Assembly: GCF_009914755.1 (NCBI RefSeq)
Contig: NC_060946.1
Direction: 5' to 3' (one strand)
DNA: 64,000 nucleotides
DNA from: the human T2T-CHM13v2.0 reference genome, Homo sapiens
The notes below the pieces were generated by a model. It was not told the DNA's origin. It did not search any database and worked only from the letters and a program-made list of their open reading frames with translations. The translations under genes were made by a program, and so were the position numbers. Each line of letters opens with the position of its first letter. The first letter of the stretch is position 1. This document shows, piece by piece, positions 26,791-45,244 of this stretch.

Positions 26791-29197
26791 CCTGCCCACA
26801 TGTAGGCTGCCATCTCATACAGGGCTGTGGCGGTGGGCGAGGTGCAGCCTTCGCCCCTTGGAGCTATCTCTTGTCTACCAAGGCTTCCTCAGGGAGGACT
26901 CCAGGCCATGGGGATAGGATGAACAAAGTCCTGGGCTTGTGACTGTGCAGGGCTGGTTGGTGTGTCCAGGGGCTGGGCCTTGGGGCACTTCTGGATACTG
27001 GCTGCCTCCTGCCTGGCTGCCTTGTGCCTTCCAGGCAGTCTCTCCCATGGCTTAGGGGCTCCTGGGAAGAGGCTGAGCTCACACAGGGCCACCCGTTGCA
27101 GCTGCATCTGTCCCGGCCACACCTGAAGTATGAGGTGACTATAGTTGGGGGTTGGTCTGGAACCAGGGCCGATGCTGACCTTAGACTGAAGTTTGGGAGC
27201 AGTGGCAGCAAGTCTGGGGCTCTCTCTGACCCTGGTCAGATGTACTTAGACCTCTGGGTTGTGGAAGTTGCCTGGTGGCCCTGCCCTGCCTAGCATGGCT
27301 TCTCAGCCTGGCATGCTTGTCCCTCCCACCTGACAGTGGAGCTCGGGCGGGCCGTGGGCGGCCCTGCTCACTCTCAGCTGTCTTGGCGTCAGCTGGAGGG
27401 TTCTCATTTCACTGTTACTTTTGTTTAGGCTGGGAGGTGGTTAAGGTGCTGCTCCTTGGGAGTGGGCTGGGGGGAGCTTCTCCTCAGTCCTCCAGCATAG
27501 CTCCAGGCCTCCTGCAGGAAGCCCCTTTCTTGGTAGTAAAGGATAGCTTCCAGGGAGGAAGGTGGATGAGAAGGATCCTAGGAGGGCTAGGCGGGATGGC
27601 CTGCTTGGGGTGGCGCCCTTTCCTGGTCTTCACCCTTCTCCCCAGGCCTCCCTCCTGGCTGGGCGTGAGCCAGAAGTTTCAGTCTGAAGGCAGGGTTATC
27701 ATGTGGCTGAGATGAGTTTGACCCCCGCCTGTGGGCCTGGACGTGGGCGTGAGATGTGTTCCTGTCTCCCAGAGTCATGGCCTCCAGAAGGAGCCATGTG
27801 GAGGCCCAGCACCTGGAGCAGTTCTGAATGCCTGGCTTCTTGGAGGCCAAGGTTCTAGGCAAGGTGGGTATCCAGGCTGGGTTGGGGCAGTGCCTCTCAG
27901 AATTGGGGCTGGAGTTTTCTGCTTTCTGCCTCAGCAGGGATCACTTTGATCTGAAAACCTCCTCTCTCCTGGCCTTTGAAAGATGCTGACTAGAGCACAC
28001 TCTCCTGCCCTTTGCTGGGTGCTTAGAAGAAAGGCCTTGAGGTAACCCTGTTCCAGCCTCCCCACAGGCCCCTGCAGCCACGTGGACTGACCAGAGGCTC
28101 CACACACGGGCAGGTGTGGCCTGACCTCGCTCGCGTAGGATCATGGGCTAGTGGGTCCCCCAATGGGGGGCTGCTTCGAGTGTCAGGAGGCAGCGAGGGG
28201 TGCACAGTGCCCTGGCCTCTGCCATCCCCGTTGGTTATTTGGCTGGTCTGTGTTTGGTGAGCGAGTAGAGGGATCCAGAGTGCAGGGTGGTCTTGGCCTG
28301 GGGCTTTTGACTGCCCTCTGGAGATGCACTGAGGGCCACCCAGCTGGGGAGCAGCCGGGAGGGATAGGAACCTGTTCCCACCGTGGCATCTTTGCCCTTC
28401 CAATCTGCTTCACCGTCGCCCTTGATCTCTGTGCCAGTTGGAAAATTGAGGCAGAACCAATACCCCTGGGTGATCTGGAAATCATCAGTGGGAAGGGTTG
28501 CCTTTGCCCAAGGCTAAAGATGACATGTCCCTGCACACTTTCAGCCCCAGGTTTTCCTACCTTGTGGGGAGGTGAGAGGTCAGGGTGAGTGCTGGGTTTG
28601 AGGCTCAGCTGTGCTGTGTGAAGATTGAGAGGAGCCCACCTGATCACATGGACAGAACGCACAGGCTCCTGGGTGGCCCTGCGGCTCCAGTGACATAGCA
28701 CATGGTCGGGCATACAACAGTGCCCAGGAAAGGTTAGCTGGTGGTGTTTCCAGGGTATCGTGCTGAGCTTCTGAGATGAGAATGTCCTGTGAAAGCCTCT
28801 GTCTGGAGGTTTCATTGGAAGTAAAGTTTACATACAATTAAGGGCCTAAAATTGTATTTTCATTTACCTTAACCCAGATTCCCAGCAAGCTAGAGAGCTG
28901 CCCTCACCCCAAAGAGTTCCTCATGCCCCGTCCTGGATAGGCCTGTCAGGGCCAGGCAGTGGGCGCTTGTCCCTCGCCCCATCCTGGACAGTCCTCACCT
29001 GTCGCTCACAGCCTGTTCTGCTCTGGTTTTTACCCTCAGTCCGTTTTGCCTATTCTAGAACTTGATGTAAATGGAGTCATGCAGTCTGTACTCTCGCAAA
29101 AGTCTTCTTCCACTCAGTGCCACGACTGTGAGGTTCATCCATGTCTCTGCATCATTTCTGCCCTTTGTATTTTTAGGGTTTTAAAAGTAATACTTTT

Positions 29198-29490
29198 GGC
29201 TGGGCACGGTGGCTCACACCTGTAATCCCAGCACTTTGGGAGGCTGAGGCAGGCGGATCACAAGGTCAGGAGGTCGAGACCATCCTGGCTAACACGGTGA
29301 AACCCCGTCTCTACTAAAAATACAAAAAATTAGCCGGGCGTGGTGGCAGGCGGCTGTAGTCCCAGCTACTCGGGAGACTGAGGCAGGAGAATGGCATGAA
29401 CCTGGGAGGCAGAGTTTGCAGTGAGCCCAGATCGCCATGGCACTCCAGCCTGGGGGACAGAATGAGATTCCATCAAAAAAAAAAAAAAGG
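29198..29490 (+). mobile_element. AluY with TSD aaaagtaatactttt
   Basis: Full-length Alu; flanks aaagtaatactttt and aaggtaatactttt. Confidence 0.9.
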
Positions 29491-32274
29491 TAATACTTTT
29501 TAAAATGTTGAGTATTACAGAAATGAACATAATATACAGATACTATGGTTTTTCTGTAATCCCGCTCCCCAGAGATAATCTTACTTAGCAGTTGGGTATG
29601 TGTGTCCCCAAGGTTTTTCTTGCCACAGAATGGACTTGCTGGGCCGGGTAGGCTCTGACTGGGCCTTGCAGAGCAGCTGCCTTACTGTAAGTTCTTTGAG
29701 GGCGAACAGAGCGGGGGTGGGGCTGCTGTGGCTGGCCCAGTTCTACAGAGCTTGGGCATGTGCCACCAGTGGCTTGAGAGGCTGGAGTATCTGAGTGCTG
29801 TTCCAGCCTGCTAGCACCTGCCTGGGCCCTGGGCCTGCCCTCAGTGTCTGGGGACATGGCTTTCTGGCTTTTTTGTGGCGGGGACTGGGAGGGGAAGGAA
29901 AGGAGAGCAGTTGGCATGTTGGCTGTTCCGTAAACAGGGCCGTGTGTCTGCTCTAACAGATGGCCTGGGAAGGTAACCCCGAGGCTTTGTGTTCCTTCCT
30001 GCAGACCTTCAGGATTCCGCAGAGAGAGCTGGCCCTCCCTCCAGCTGCTGGGGCTCTTGTCCTTCCCAGCTGGGGCCAGTCCACCTACAGGGGGAATCCT
30101 GGAGCTGAGGGATCCTAACTTGGGAGATAGTTTCTGTGCTACCCTTCTTGCCTCTCCCCTGGACCCCTGAAGGCTCTGTCCTAGGGAGGGGATGGGTCAC
30201 AGCCTTAGGCGAATGCCCAGCTGGCCCCGATAGCCCAGGCCTGCTGCCCTACTGCCTCAGATCCTGGGCGTCCTGGGAGCCAGCGTTTCTGGATGGGCAG
30301 TAGGCCAGGGCTGGGCGTGCTAGCCTCGGGGCTGATAGGCGTGCTGCCCGGGCCTGCTGCCAGGGGCTGCTGGGTGCTAGGTGGCATTCTCATCGCAGCC
30401 TGCAGTCAGCTGCTTCCAGGGCTGAGCACCAGCATCCGGGCCAGCACCCAGAGCCGTGTTTCTAGTTACCTGGCACTCCCCAGGCGGAGCCCTCCAGGAT
30501 AGGCACTTGCTGTTTCATGTCCAGCGGTGAGCGGGTAGGGCAGAGCTCTGTGGCTGAGAAGGAAGGAGCAGTGCTTAGTAGGCGTTTCGCAGCAGGATGG
30601 CGTGTGCCACCCCCCTGCCCCGCCATGGGGTGAGGCTGCATTGCTGCTCGCAGACACAGTGGCGGCCTAGATGTGGCCCAGACTTGGCCCAGCTGGTGTG
30701 GATGGCACGCATGGTGGCATTGTGCTTGCTGTGAACTTTCTGCAGGTGGCTCTGACACCCCCTAACTCAAGTGGAGGGTTCAGGGAGGAGCCCTGCCCTG
30801 TTCTACATCACGGCTGACCCAGCCTGGGGCCATCCTTCCTTGGTGGGGAGACCTAGTGCTAGCCTTGGGCTTGTAAAGTGCCCGTCAGGGCCAGGCAGTG
30901 GGCACTGACGGAGGGTGTTCCCACCCCCATGGCACTCAGGTGCCCCCCAGTCCTATTCTGCCACCCACTCCCTGCGCGGCATCCAGTAGCTGGCCTGGCC
31001 TCTGGCAAGGTCAGGTGACCCCTGGCTGCAGAGTTTGGCATGCGCTCTACCCATGGTTGACTGGGTCCTGAGGGGCAGTGGTTGGGGAGCAGATGAAGTG
31101 GCACAGGGCTGGATGGTGGTATCTGATTGCCTCCAGTGTGCCACCGAGACCCTCTACCCAGTTTTTCGACTGCTCCCGCCAGTGTTTCAGTGGCCCCTGC
31201 CCTACTGGCCTCATCCCAGCATTAGCCCACTGGGCCCAACCCTTGCTAACTGTGGACGCCCTTGGGCTTCCTACCAACAGAGCTGGTTCTGCTGCCCTCT
31301 GGGCCTTTGGTGGGGTCCTGGACCAGCCATGCACCCCCTCCCCTCACACCCCCCACCCAGAGGGGAGCTGCACTAGGGGCTGGAGAGACAGCTGGCCAGC
31401 TGCAGCCTAGGCCTCCCAGCTCTGGGCCGGCACCCCGGGTCTGGTCACATTCCTGAGGGACCTGCTGAGCCTCCCTGGCCCTGGGGGTGGAGTGGGGGAA
31501 GGGGAAACGGGGACGGGCCGCTGCACGCCCCTTCCCCGACCCCGGCTCTATTCCGTGGGGGCCCAGGCTGGCAGGTGTGGGGTGCAAGGACCCACCACCT
31601 CAGGATCCCCCCTCCTGCAGGACCCAGAGCTCTGGGGGTGGGAGGGAACCCCTCGTTTCCTGGCGGCAGCTGCCCAAGGCTTTGGTGGGCCGGTATTGAA
31701 AGCCCAGGCCTGCAGCTTGGGTGAGCCCTTAGGCAGTGAAACCTCTGGAGAGGGAAGGCCATGTGGTCAGGCCAGGCGGGCTAGGGGGCTGGGCCCTCTG
31801 GGCAGGGAGGCGGTGAGAGCAGATCAGGAAGGGAAGGAACGGGGGAGCCAAAAGCGGTTGAGACTGGTTCTTATAAATAGCCCTTGCACAAGTGGCTCCA
31901 ATTTTGACCTTTTGTTATGTAAATGTGGCCAGCTTGGGAAGGGCCCTGCCCAGGCCTCCTGCTACCACACCCGCAGGCCAAGAATTGTGTGTCTGCCACC
32001 AGCGCCCCCTGGCCTAGGTGGCCCCTGGGTGTCCTTAATCTCCTGTGTGTGTTAGAGGGGCAGGCATTGCACCCACCGAACTCCCTAGACCTGTTCGCTG
32101 GTCCTTACTCTTCCTGGCTGTCAGATCCAACTACCAGGCTCTGTGGCCACAGTCTCCTGCTGGGCTGCCCCTGGTGCCCCAGCCAGAGACCCCCAGGTGC
32201 GTCCCTTCATCGCCCTTCCCTCCCTTCTTCGCTGATGGCTGTCTGGGTGACTGTGTTCGTCTTCTCTTCCCCAG

Positions 32275-32372
32275 GTGACCAGGCATTGATGCACCCCCAG
32301 GAAGGCCACGCGCTCAGGAGGCCCCCCCCCGCTGGCTGCTGCTCACATGGTGTCTGGGCCCTTGGCACTCCG
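32275..32372 (+). pseudogene. HIC2: Exon 2 (HIC2-derived; contains the HIC2 start codon at 32347, MVSGPLAL-R)
   Basis: Acceptor cttctcttccccag|g and donor ctccg|gtgagg. ATG GTG TCT GGG CCC TTG GCA CTC CG matches the recalled HIC2 N-terminus. The large BTB/zinc-finger exon of HIC2 is absent from the window, so this is a partial copy. Confidence 0.85.
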
Positions 32373-32715
32373 GTGAGGCGCAGGGGAGGGGGGACCGCCA
32401 CTGGCCCCTTTCCCCGGAGTTTCTGGGTGGCACACAGCCCCACAGCTCGGCCTCTATCTGTCTGACCCGTGGTCCTTTGTGTGCACACAGCACTGGGCAG
32501 TGTGGAGGGAGCCTGGAGGCCACTGCCCTCTTCCAGTCCCCTTGCCAGTCTCGGGGTACCAGGTGTCTGGGTGCTGGCAGAGCCGGCACTGATGTTTTCT
32601 GGGGTCACCAGAAAGCCCTGGTTTCACCACAAATTGTGACTGTCAGGACACAGTGCTGCTATGGTCAGGATTCCTTTCCATATGCTGCTTCAGCCTCAGA
32701 CCTCGGTGGGCCTTA

Positions 32716-33150
<435 letters not shown>

Positions 33151-33660
33151 TTAGTCCAGGTGCCCTTGAACCTCTGGCCTCTCTGTCTGGTCCTCAGATA
33201 GGAGTGGGTCCTCAGATAGGAGTGGGTTGGTTGACCCCTGGGGGCAGGGCAGTTGGAGTACAGATATCACTAGCAGGTCCCAGATGGTAGGAAGACAGAT
33301 CAGCTCAGGGAAAGCTGCTCACAGCCTCCTTCAGAGTTCTGGGTCTTGAAAGCAGCTGTTTTGGGAGCCTAACTGCTTTTCCCAGGGACTTAAGGCCTTT
33401 GTAATTTTTGTAGCCCTTTCATCCTCCAGAATAAAGGGACCTTCTTGAGCTCAGGGCCTTCTCAGTACTGGCATGCCCCAGGGCTCCTCCTCCCTGCCTG
33501 GCTACTCTGGCCAGCTCCACTGCTTACCCAGCCCAGTCACTCCTAGTCCAGGTGGATCCCTTCAGTGGCTTGGCCCATGGCCTGCATGGTGAACTGATTA
33601 GCAGCCCCAACTAATGGGTCCAACCTCAGCTCCAGACACCGCTGCGCTGGTCGCCCATCC

Positions 33661-33900
33661 GCCATCACTGTTGATGCCAGGGTGGTTCTTCCCTTCACTG
33701 TTGATGCCAGTGGGGCCCCTCCCTTTACTGTAGATGCCAGTGTGGCCCCTCCCTTTACTGTAGATGTGAGCGAGGTCCCTCCCGTCACTGTAGATGCCAG
33801 CTAGGTCCCTCCCTTTACTGTAGATGCCAGCGTGACCCTTCCCTTCACTATAGATGCCAGCGAGGTCCCTCCCTTCACTGTAGATGCCAGCGAGGTCCTT
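33661..33900. repeat. Minisatellite, 8 x 30 bp (consensus cccttcactgtagatgccagcgaggtccct)
   Basis: Exact 30-bp periodicity with no indels across 8 units. Confidence 0.95.
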
Positions 33901-35937
33901 CTCTCTGCTCAGACATCTTTGACTCCCTCTTATGCACATCCCACTGATGACTCTCAGCACATCCCATCACCTTCACCTTTGAGGTTTATCCAGGATCTGA
34001 CAAGTCCCAGCATCCCAGCTGCTGCCCCCTGGCCTGGCCTCCTGCTCCCCAACCCCAGGCATCTTCCCCTTCTCCACATGCGGTTGGCGCAAGCCAGGGG
34101 GGAATCAGAGCCCCCCTACAGACTCGAAGGTGGGCTTGTTTCTGTGACCTGCAAGCCCCCTTCCCACCTGACTTCCATCCTCTCTCTTCCCCTCGCTTGC
34201 TGTGCTGTGGCCATGCTGGGGTCCTGCTTGCACTTCCCACGGATGATTCTCAGCACATCCCATCAGTTTCACTTTTGAAGCTGCCCTCCTGGGCTGCTCC
34301 CACCATAGGCTGCGTCATGCATTCCCTCTTCTCAGATGGCCGTGCCTTGCGCCTCACTCCTGCGTCTCCTCCAGGGCTCATCTCAGATGTCCCCTCCTTG
34401 CCAGGGCTCTCCCTGGCCACCTGGCCACACGCTCACTCGCACTGCTGTTTCTTAGTGTTTCTCAGTGTGTGTAGCTTATTTCTTGTTGTCTGTGGTCCCC
34501 ACCATAGACTGTGTGGTTATGTTTGTCTTCATTCAGAGCACCATGCCCAGAGTCCACGAGGCCCTGGCACAGAGGCAGCCACCAGGATGTGGTTGTTTAA
34601 CAAATAGATGGGAGTGTGTCTCTTCGATGGCTTCTTGTCCGTGGCAGTTCTGGGGTCCCCCCCACCGCCATTTTTTTGCTCCCTTGTCTGCTTCCATAAG
34701 ACTAATCAGTCTGCAGGAAACAGAAAGCAGGCTGTAGTGCCTCGTCCCCCAGGAGTCCTCACCCCATGGGCAGCTTAGAGGGAAGCAGCAGACAGAGCCC
34801 CGCCCCAGGCTCCCGTCGGCTCCTGGCCATCCTGGGCTTATGTGGCCTTTGTCTCCACCCTCACAGCCTCCAGATGGCTTCTGTGCCTCCCAGCAGGAAG
34901 GAAGACAAGGACAGAGTGCAAAGGGCAGAGGCCAGCTGCCTTGACCTTATGAAGCTCACCCTGGCATGTGTTCCCAGGGCCTTGCCCAGTTCACTCTCCC
35001 TGGCTCATTAGAGTGGCCGGGGAGAACAGTGGCTGCCTCAGCCAGCAGGGACCCTGGCTGAGAGCCCTGTGACTGGCCACGTGGCCACCCTGATCCACCT
35101 CATGAGGAAGAAGGGAGGGGATGGTACTGGGGAGGGAGCCGCGGTGTGTGTTCTACTCACTAGGCCTCGTTGCCACCTCTGCACAGGCGCTTGGAGCCCT
35201 TGTAGAAGCTGGTGCTGCTGGGACAACAGAGGGATAGAATCCTCTTTGGCCAGATGCCAAATGCTGTTTGTTGGTCTCCTTGTAAAAACACCCAGAAATC
35301 ATGGGGGCTTTCCATGTGTGAGCTGCACCTCTTACTCTCTGCAGCACCCAGGTGTCTCCCGGGCACCATGCTGCTCCCTCTGGGCACCCCTCATGCCCCC
35401 CCACGGAATGGGGACCTGGCTGAGCATGACTGGGCCATGGGAGCAGCCTGACCCTGGGCTCCCAGGCCTGGCCATGGTGGCTGCAGGCTCGCCTCGGCTC
35501 CATGGGCCTTCCTAATCTGGTTAGCGGGATGAAGGTATCGGGTAGGGTCTGTGTGGGGTGGAGAGGAGGAGCCAGGCCCTGGATCCAGAACCCTCTTCTG
35601 CCCTTGCCAGCTCAGCAGCCCACAGAGGGGTCTTCCCGCTCACAGCCACAGAGGGTTATCAGGGTTATAGAGAAGAGTCACCTACCCAGTGCCTGTCAGG
35701 GCATCAGGTACATCCCGGGTGCTGCCACCTCACACCTGCAATGTCCACACGGTGAACCGGGTTGAACAGAATGCAGCCTCGAGAGGCTGGAGAAAATACA
35801 CCAAGCACTGACACAGATGACCCTGGGATGTGGGACTATAGGCAATCTTCAATTTTTTCTTCATACTTTTCTTGGTTTCTAAATCTTATTCAGTGAGCAC
35901 GTGTTCCTTTTTTTAATTAGAGAAAACTTGACAGTAG

Positions 35938-36496
<559 letters not shown>

Positions 36497-36695
36497 GTGA
36501 GGGCCCTCTTCCTGGGGAGCACAGGGCCCCTGGTGTGTACAGTGTGTCATGGGGCGTCTGTGTATCACGGTACTTCTGTAGACGGGGAACACATTTCAGT
36601 GAGCTGCTCCTGGAAGGGCAGGGAAGAGAGTCCATAAGGTGAACTTGGCCCCAGGCCAGGCTCCTGCTCTGACCGGGTCCGGGGCTCCCTCACAG

Positions 36696-36803
36696 GCTGC
36701 TGACCCTGGGGCTGTCCCTCCTGCATGCCGATGTGGTTCCAAATGCAACCATCCGCAATGTGCTTCGCGAGAAGATCTACTCCACTGCCTTTGACTACTT
36801 CAG
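36696..36803 (+). pseudogene. PI4KA-derived exon ([10 protein letters not shown]...STAFDYF)
   Basis: 108 nt, cacag|g ... cag|gtact, open frame. Confidence 0.93.
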
Positions 36804-37438
36804 GTACTCCCCCAAGATGTGCTGTGCAGCATCCAGGGACGGCCCAGCCCCTCCAAGTGCTCCATCGCCCCAGACCCCCAGGAAGTCACTCACAGGAATA
36901 CACAGTTGCCCAGTTGTGCTCACCAACCTCCTCCTTCAGTATCCCTGGCCCTGTGGATTTAAATACCCTTCAGCCCTGTGCATGTGTCCCGTGTACTTAG
37001 AGCTAGCCTCCCAGCGAGATGTAGGCAAATTTTCCCTCAGTTCAACTGATTTAGGAGATTAAGTGCGTCCATTTAATTTCCCTGTTAATGTGAAGGCTTA
37101 TTGCACGAAGAATTGCAAACACCCACTGCCTGGGGCTCTGCACCCATAGGCTGTGCTGTTGTGTGAGTGCAGCTTCCTTGCCCTGATCTGCCACAAGTGC
37201 AGCTTCAGTGGAAAGCTGTAGGGGCTGCTGTGGGCAGTGAGGGAGGAGGGCATAAGAGGGCTCCCGAGCCACCACACCTTCCCATGGGAATGGGCCAGAT
37301 CATCCTTGCTAATGACTGGCTTTGGGCTGACCTTTTGTCATTAAGAAATTGTCTGCATCACCTTCTCACTGCTTTGTGTGACTGGCCTCTAGTCCCTGAC
37401 TCCAGACACTCAGCCGTTGTCCTCTTATGGTTGTTTGA

Positions 37439-37678
<240 letters not shown>

Positions 37679-38204
37679 TGAGCCCTGGCCTTGACTGTGT
37701 TGCACGGTCATTGGAGGCCGGTGCATGCCTGGCTCTGCTTCTCCTCTGGCCTGAGCTGAGAAGCATAAACACGCACCCGAGGCAGCTGAGCAGACTCCAC
37801 TCACCGCACTTTCCCTGCACTGGCACCAGCTGCGTTCACACACCCCTCTGAGCAGCTGACGGCCCAGGATTGGGCTGAGGCTGGTGCACACCTACATGAC
37901 TGGGGTATGGTCTGTTGTTGTCTTGTAGGAGGCAGTCAAATGGACAGGTGATTTCAATTTGAGGGAACTGTGGGAGCACTCCTCCGGTACAGACACTTGG
38001 CCCATCCAGAGTTGGGGAATCAGAGATGGTTTTCTGGAAAAGAGACAGTTGAGCTGAGTCTGAAAGTCTGCACCGGCATGCAGGGTGGACAGGGCAAAGC
38101 ATTCCAGGGAAGGGAATGCCAAATGAAAACATGCCACGCAAAGAAGCAGCAAACCTCTGTAAGGAGGCCATGCCCTGTTCTCTCAGCGCCTAGCTGATTA
38201 CTAA

Positions 38205-39312
<1,108 letters not shown>

Positions 39313-39859
39313 AGAAAGAGTTTTTAAGGGAAGCTATTGAGCTCACAGCAGCAGATCCAAGTTTTCCAAAAAAATGTTTCAGTTCCTTTGAGTGGAAGAT
39401 TTATTTTTTGTTCATTTTCAGGAAAACATCTGCCACATCCCTAAGTCTGAATAGCTATATGTTGTCTGTCAGTCATTTCTTCAAGTAAAAACAAAGGTCT
39501 GTGAAAAAGGTTAGTCCAGGCTCCAAAATCAGACAAGCTCCAGGTGCTTCTCAGGACAGCGCCTGCCTTAGATGCGGCAAGAGTGCTTCGTGCACATCCC
39601 GTTTCATCACAAAGGATACTTTAAAAGCCAGATGTGGTGATGCGCACCTGTAGTCCCACCTACTAGCTGTAGTCCCAGCAACTCAGGTGACTGAGACAGG
39701 AGGATCTCTTGAGCCCAGGAATTTAAATTCAGCCTGGGATTTGAATAGTGAGAGGCACTATTTAATATAGAGCCCCGCCCACTGTGTGCCTCTATTAAAA
39801 AAAAAAAAAAGACATGTATTCAGGGTAGAGTTTAATAAGAATTAGTTTTCATTGCTTCA

Positions 39860-39996
39860 CCTGTGACATTCATAAATGACACGGGCTCTTTTCTCCCTGC
39901 GTGTGCAGCAGTGAGGATTCTATGCCCTGTGACATTCATAAATGACACGGGCTTTTTTCTTCCTGCGTGTGTAGCGTGTGCAGCAGTGAGGATTCC
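39860..39996. repeat. Two-copy tandem duplication, ~66-bp period
   Basis: cctgtgacattcataaatgacacgggct...cagcagtgaggattc occurs twice. Confidence 0.9.
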
Positions 39997-40028
39997 ACGT
40001 CCACTTGTGCGCTTGGCCCCTACCTTGA

Positions 40029-40364
<336 letters not shown>

Positions 40365-41277
40365 TAAGTGCAGTGCTTCAGAAACCACCTTCTGGAATCT
40401 TGTTCCAGTCCCTGCAGCTTAACAGAATTGCCTGGGAAGCTTTAAAAATACCCGTGCGTGGCCCCAACCAGATGAATGAGAGTCTCTAGCAGCGGGGCTG
40501 CTGGTGGTTCTGATGGACAGCCAGGGTGGGTGGGGAAGCACTGCTTGGGGTGAGTCAGGGCTCTTGAAGGTATGGCAGAATGCACGGCCACGCCAGTTTC
40601 AGGAAACACAGCTTAGTTTCATTCCTGAGATTTGTGGAATTTAGCACATGGCTCCACAATTTGAGGTCACCCTGCCCTCTCCACACTCTGAAGGATCGAT
40701 CCTCTTGGTGTCAGGAAAACCAGACTGCCTTTGCAGCTCCTGTCATCGTTTTCCTAGACCTTCCATTCATGTGGACCTGACACCATCCTTGGATGTTGGT
40801 GGCTTTGTGCATTCATAAGGGATGAAACCCTGGAGTCATCAATGCTGGGCACGCCGGCTGGGCTGTCTCCATTGCTTACACTGCTCTGACCTTGGTCACT
40901 TTGAGGCCCTTTTCTGGGCTGGGTGCTGAGAATAGCAGTGCTGGCAGCTTCTAACCCAAGAGATGAAGGACGGGAGCTAGCGTTTCCTGGGTGGCAGCAG
41001 GTGGCAGGCATTATTACCCCCACCACCCCCAGCCACACACCCCCGCACACAGCAGGGGCAGAGCCTGCCAGAAAACAGCCCTTCCGGGGCTGTCAGGGTT
41101 TCTCCATGAGGAATGCAGGGCAAGAATCGCTGCCAGTGGTGCCTGGCTGCGCTAGGAGCAGCTAGAGCCGGGAAGAGAGGGACAGAGAGGGCAATCCAGG
41201 CAGGAGGGGCCCTGGGCTGTCCCCCAGCAGCCAGTTCCTCCAGGAGACAAAGCAAGAATTTCTTTCCTGTTTCTCAG

Positions 41278-41348
41278 GCCCTACCCTAAAGGCGACGAGA
41301 GAAAGAAGGCTTGTCTGTCGGCCCTGTCTGAAGTGACGGTGCAGCCAG
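41278..41348 (+). pseudogene. PI4KA-derived exon ([10 protein letters not shown]...VTVQP)
   Basis: 71 nt, ctcag|g ... cag|gtgag. Confidence 0.93.
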
Positions 41349-41859
41349 GTGAGCAGGTGGCTTCTGGAGGCTCAGACCAACCTCTTCCTGCAGGCGGGCG
41401 GCGGGGCGTGAAGGCTGCTGCCCTCTCCAGGCACTGCAGGATGTGGACACAGTGGCTTGGCCAGCCCCACACCTGCTTGGGCCCACGGTGCCTGGTGCCC
41501 CAGGACCCCAGCCCCTCCCCAAAATCTGCCGCTAGTGAGCGGGAGCTGCTCGTCAGTGGGTGCCCTTCATCTTCCTTGCTGCCTGCTGTTTTTCTGGAGG
41601 CTGACAGTGACCTCAGTAGCTGTTACTCTAGAAGAGGGTTCCTAGGCTCCAGCATTACAGGAGCAGGTCACACAGACGAGGGGATGGCGGGCCCAGTGTG
41701 GGAGGGCTCAGGTGTGCTGGGACCCATCAGCACCACCCACTCACCGCCTCCATGGGAAGTCGCTCCTGGGTGCCTGTGGCTGTGGCCACATGGGAATTCA
41801 AGCCGAGCTTTTCAAGAGAAGATGGAAATCCAGACTTCACTGGGCAGCTCTCTCTCCAT

Positions 41860-44015
<2,156 letters not shown>

Positions 44016-44309
44016 TCAGAGGGTTGCTCAGGCAGGTGGAGGCAGGACAGGCCTCACACACACCCCCAGAAGCAGTAGGGCTGTATCCGTGAGGATGGGG
44101 CTCAGTGCTCCTCTAGGAAGAGCATTTCCCAGAAGGTGCAGACTCATTTGGTCGATGGCTGGAAGAGTCGAAGAGTCAAGGAGGACGGACCCTTAGCGGC
44201 CACAGAATAATAAGTTAGTGGTGCCCTGGACAAGGACCAGAGGCCCCTCCACAGGGGTGGGGTGTGCCTGCAGGGTGGACACGCACGTAACATCCGTGTT
44301 GGAAACTGA

Positions 44310-44441
<132 letters not shown>

Positions 44442-44490
44442 TGAGCGCCTCACCCTACCCATCCCCCGCTTCCACAGCGTCCGCGTGTGA

Positions 44491-44616
<126 letters not shown>

Positions 44617-44879
44617 TAAAGAACCCTGATTTTGTTTGGGAGCTCAGTGCTTTTCCTTGCTAATGCCAGTTTCTTCTGGCATGTGTTAAATTTAGTACAG
44701 CTCTCCATAAAAGATGATGTCTGTCCATCTGTCTGCCCTCAGTCAGACCCCTCACTAGGGGATGGCAGGGAGCTCAAATGCACTGACAGATGTGCCACCC
44801 CAGAGGTCTGTCTGCCGTGAGTCAGCTGGCATGCTCCAGCAGGCTCCTTCCTGAGGCTGAGGGGCCCGGGGCCGTTGGC

Positions 44880-45244
44880 GGGTGTTAGTTTCCCGGGGCT
44901 ACTGTACGGACGATCTCAGTTCTGGAGGCTGGAGTCCATCATCAGGGTCGTGCCCCCTCTGAAGGCTCTGGGCAGGTCACACCTTGCCTCCTCAGCTTCT
45001 GGTGGTGTTGCCAGCAGTCCTGGGCTCACCTTGGCCTGCAGATGCTCCACTCCCATCTCCGCCTCCCTCTTCACATGATGATCTCCCTTGAAGGACATCA
45101 GTCATTGGATTAGGGACTGTCCTAATCCACTGTGACCTTGTCTTAACCTAATTACATCTGCAAAGACCCTGTTTCCAAATAAGGACACATTCTAAGGTTT
45201 GGGGTGAACATGAATTTTAGGGAGACACTCTTCAACCCAGTACA
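44880..45244 (-). mobile_element. MLT1 (ERVL-MaLR) solo LTR
   Basis: MLT1-like motifs cagttctggaggctggagtcc, taattacatctgcaaagaccctgtttccaaataagg and terminal caacccagtaca. Confidence 0.75.

Noticed and set aside
33189-33228. 18-bp direct repeat; also a 42-bp-period repeat at ~47502-47570
   Set aside because: Ordinary two-copy slippage duplications with no functional signal.
33543-33960. Repetitive ORFs (LASTVKG.., LAGIYSEG..) and a CRISPR-like appearance
   Set aside because: By-product of a 30-bp tandem unit divisible by 3; there are no unique spacers and the context is eukaryotic.
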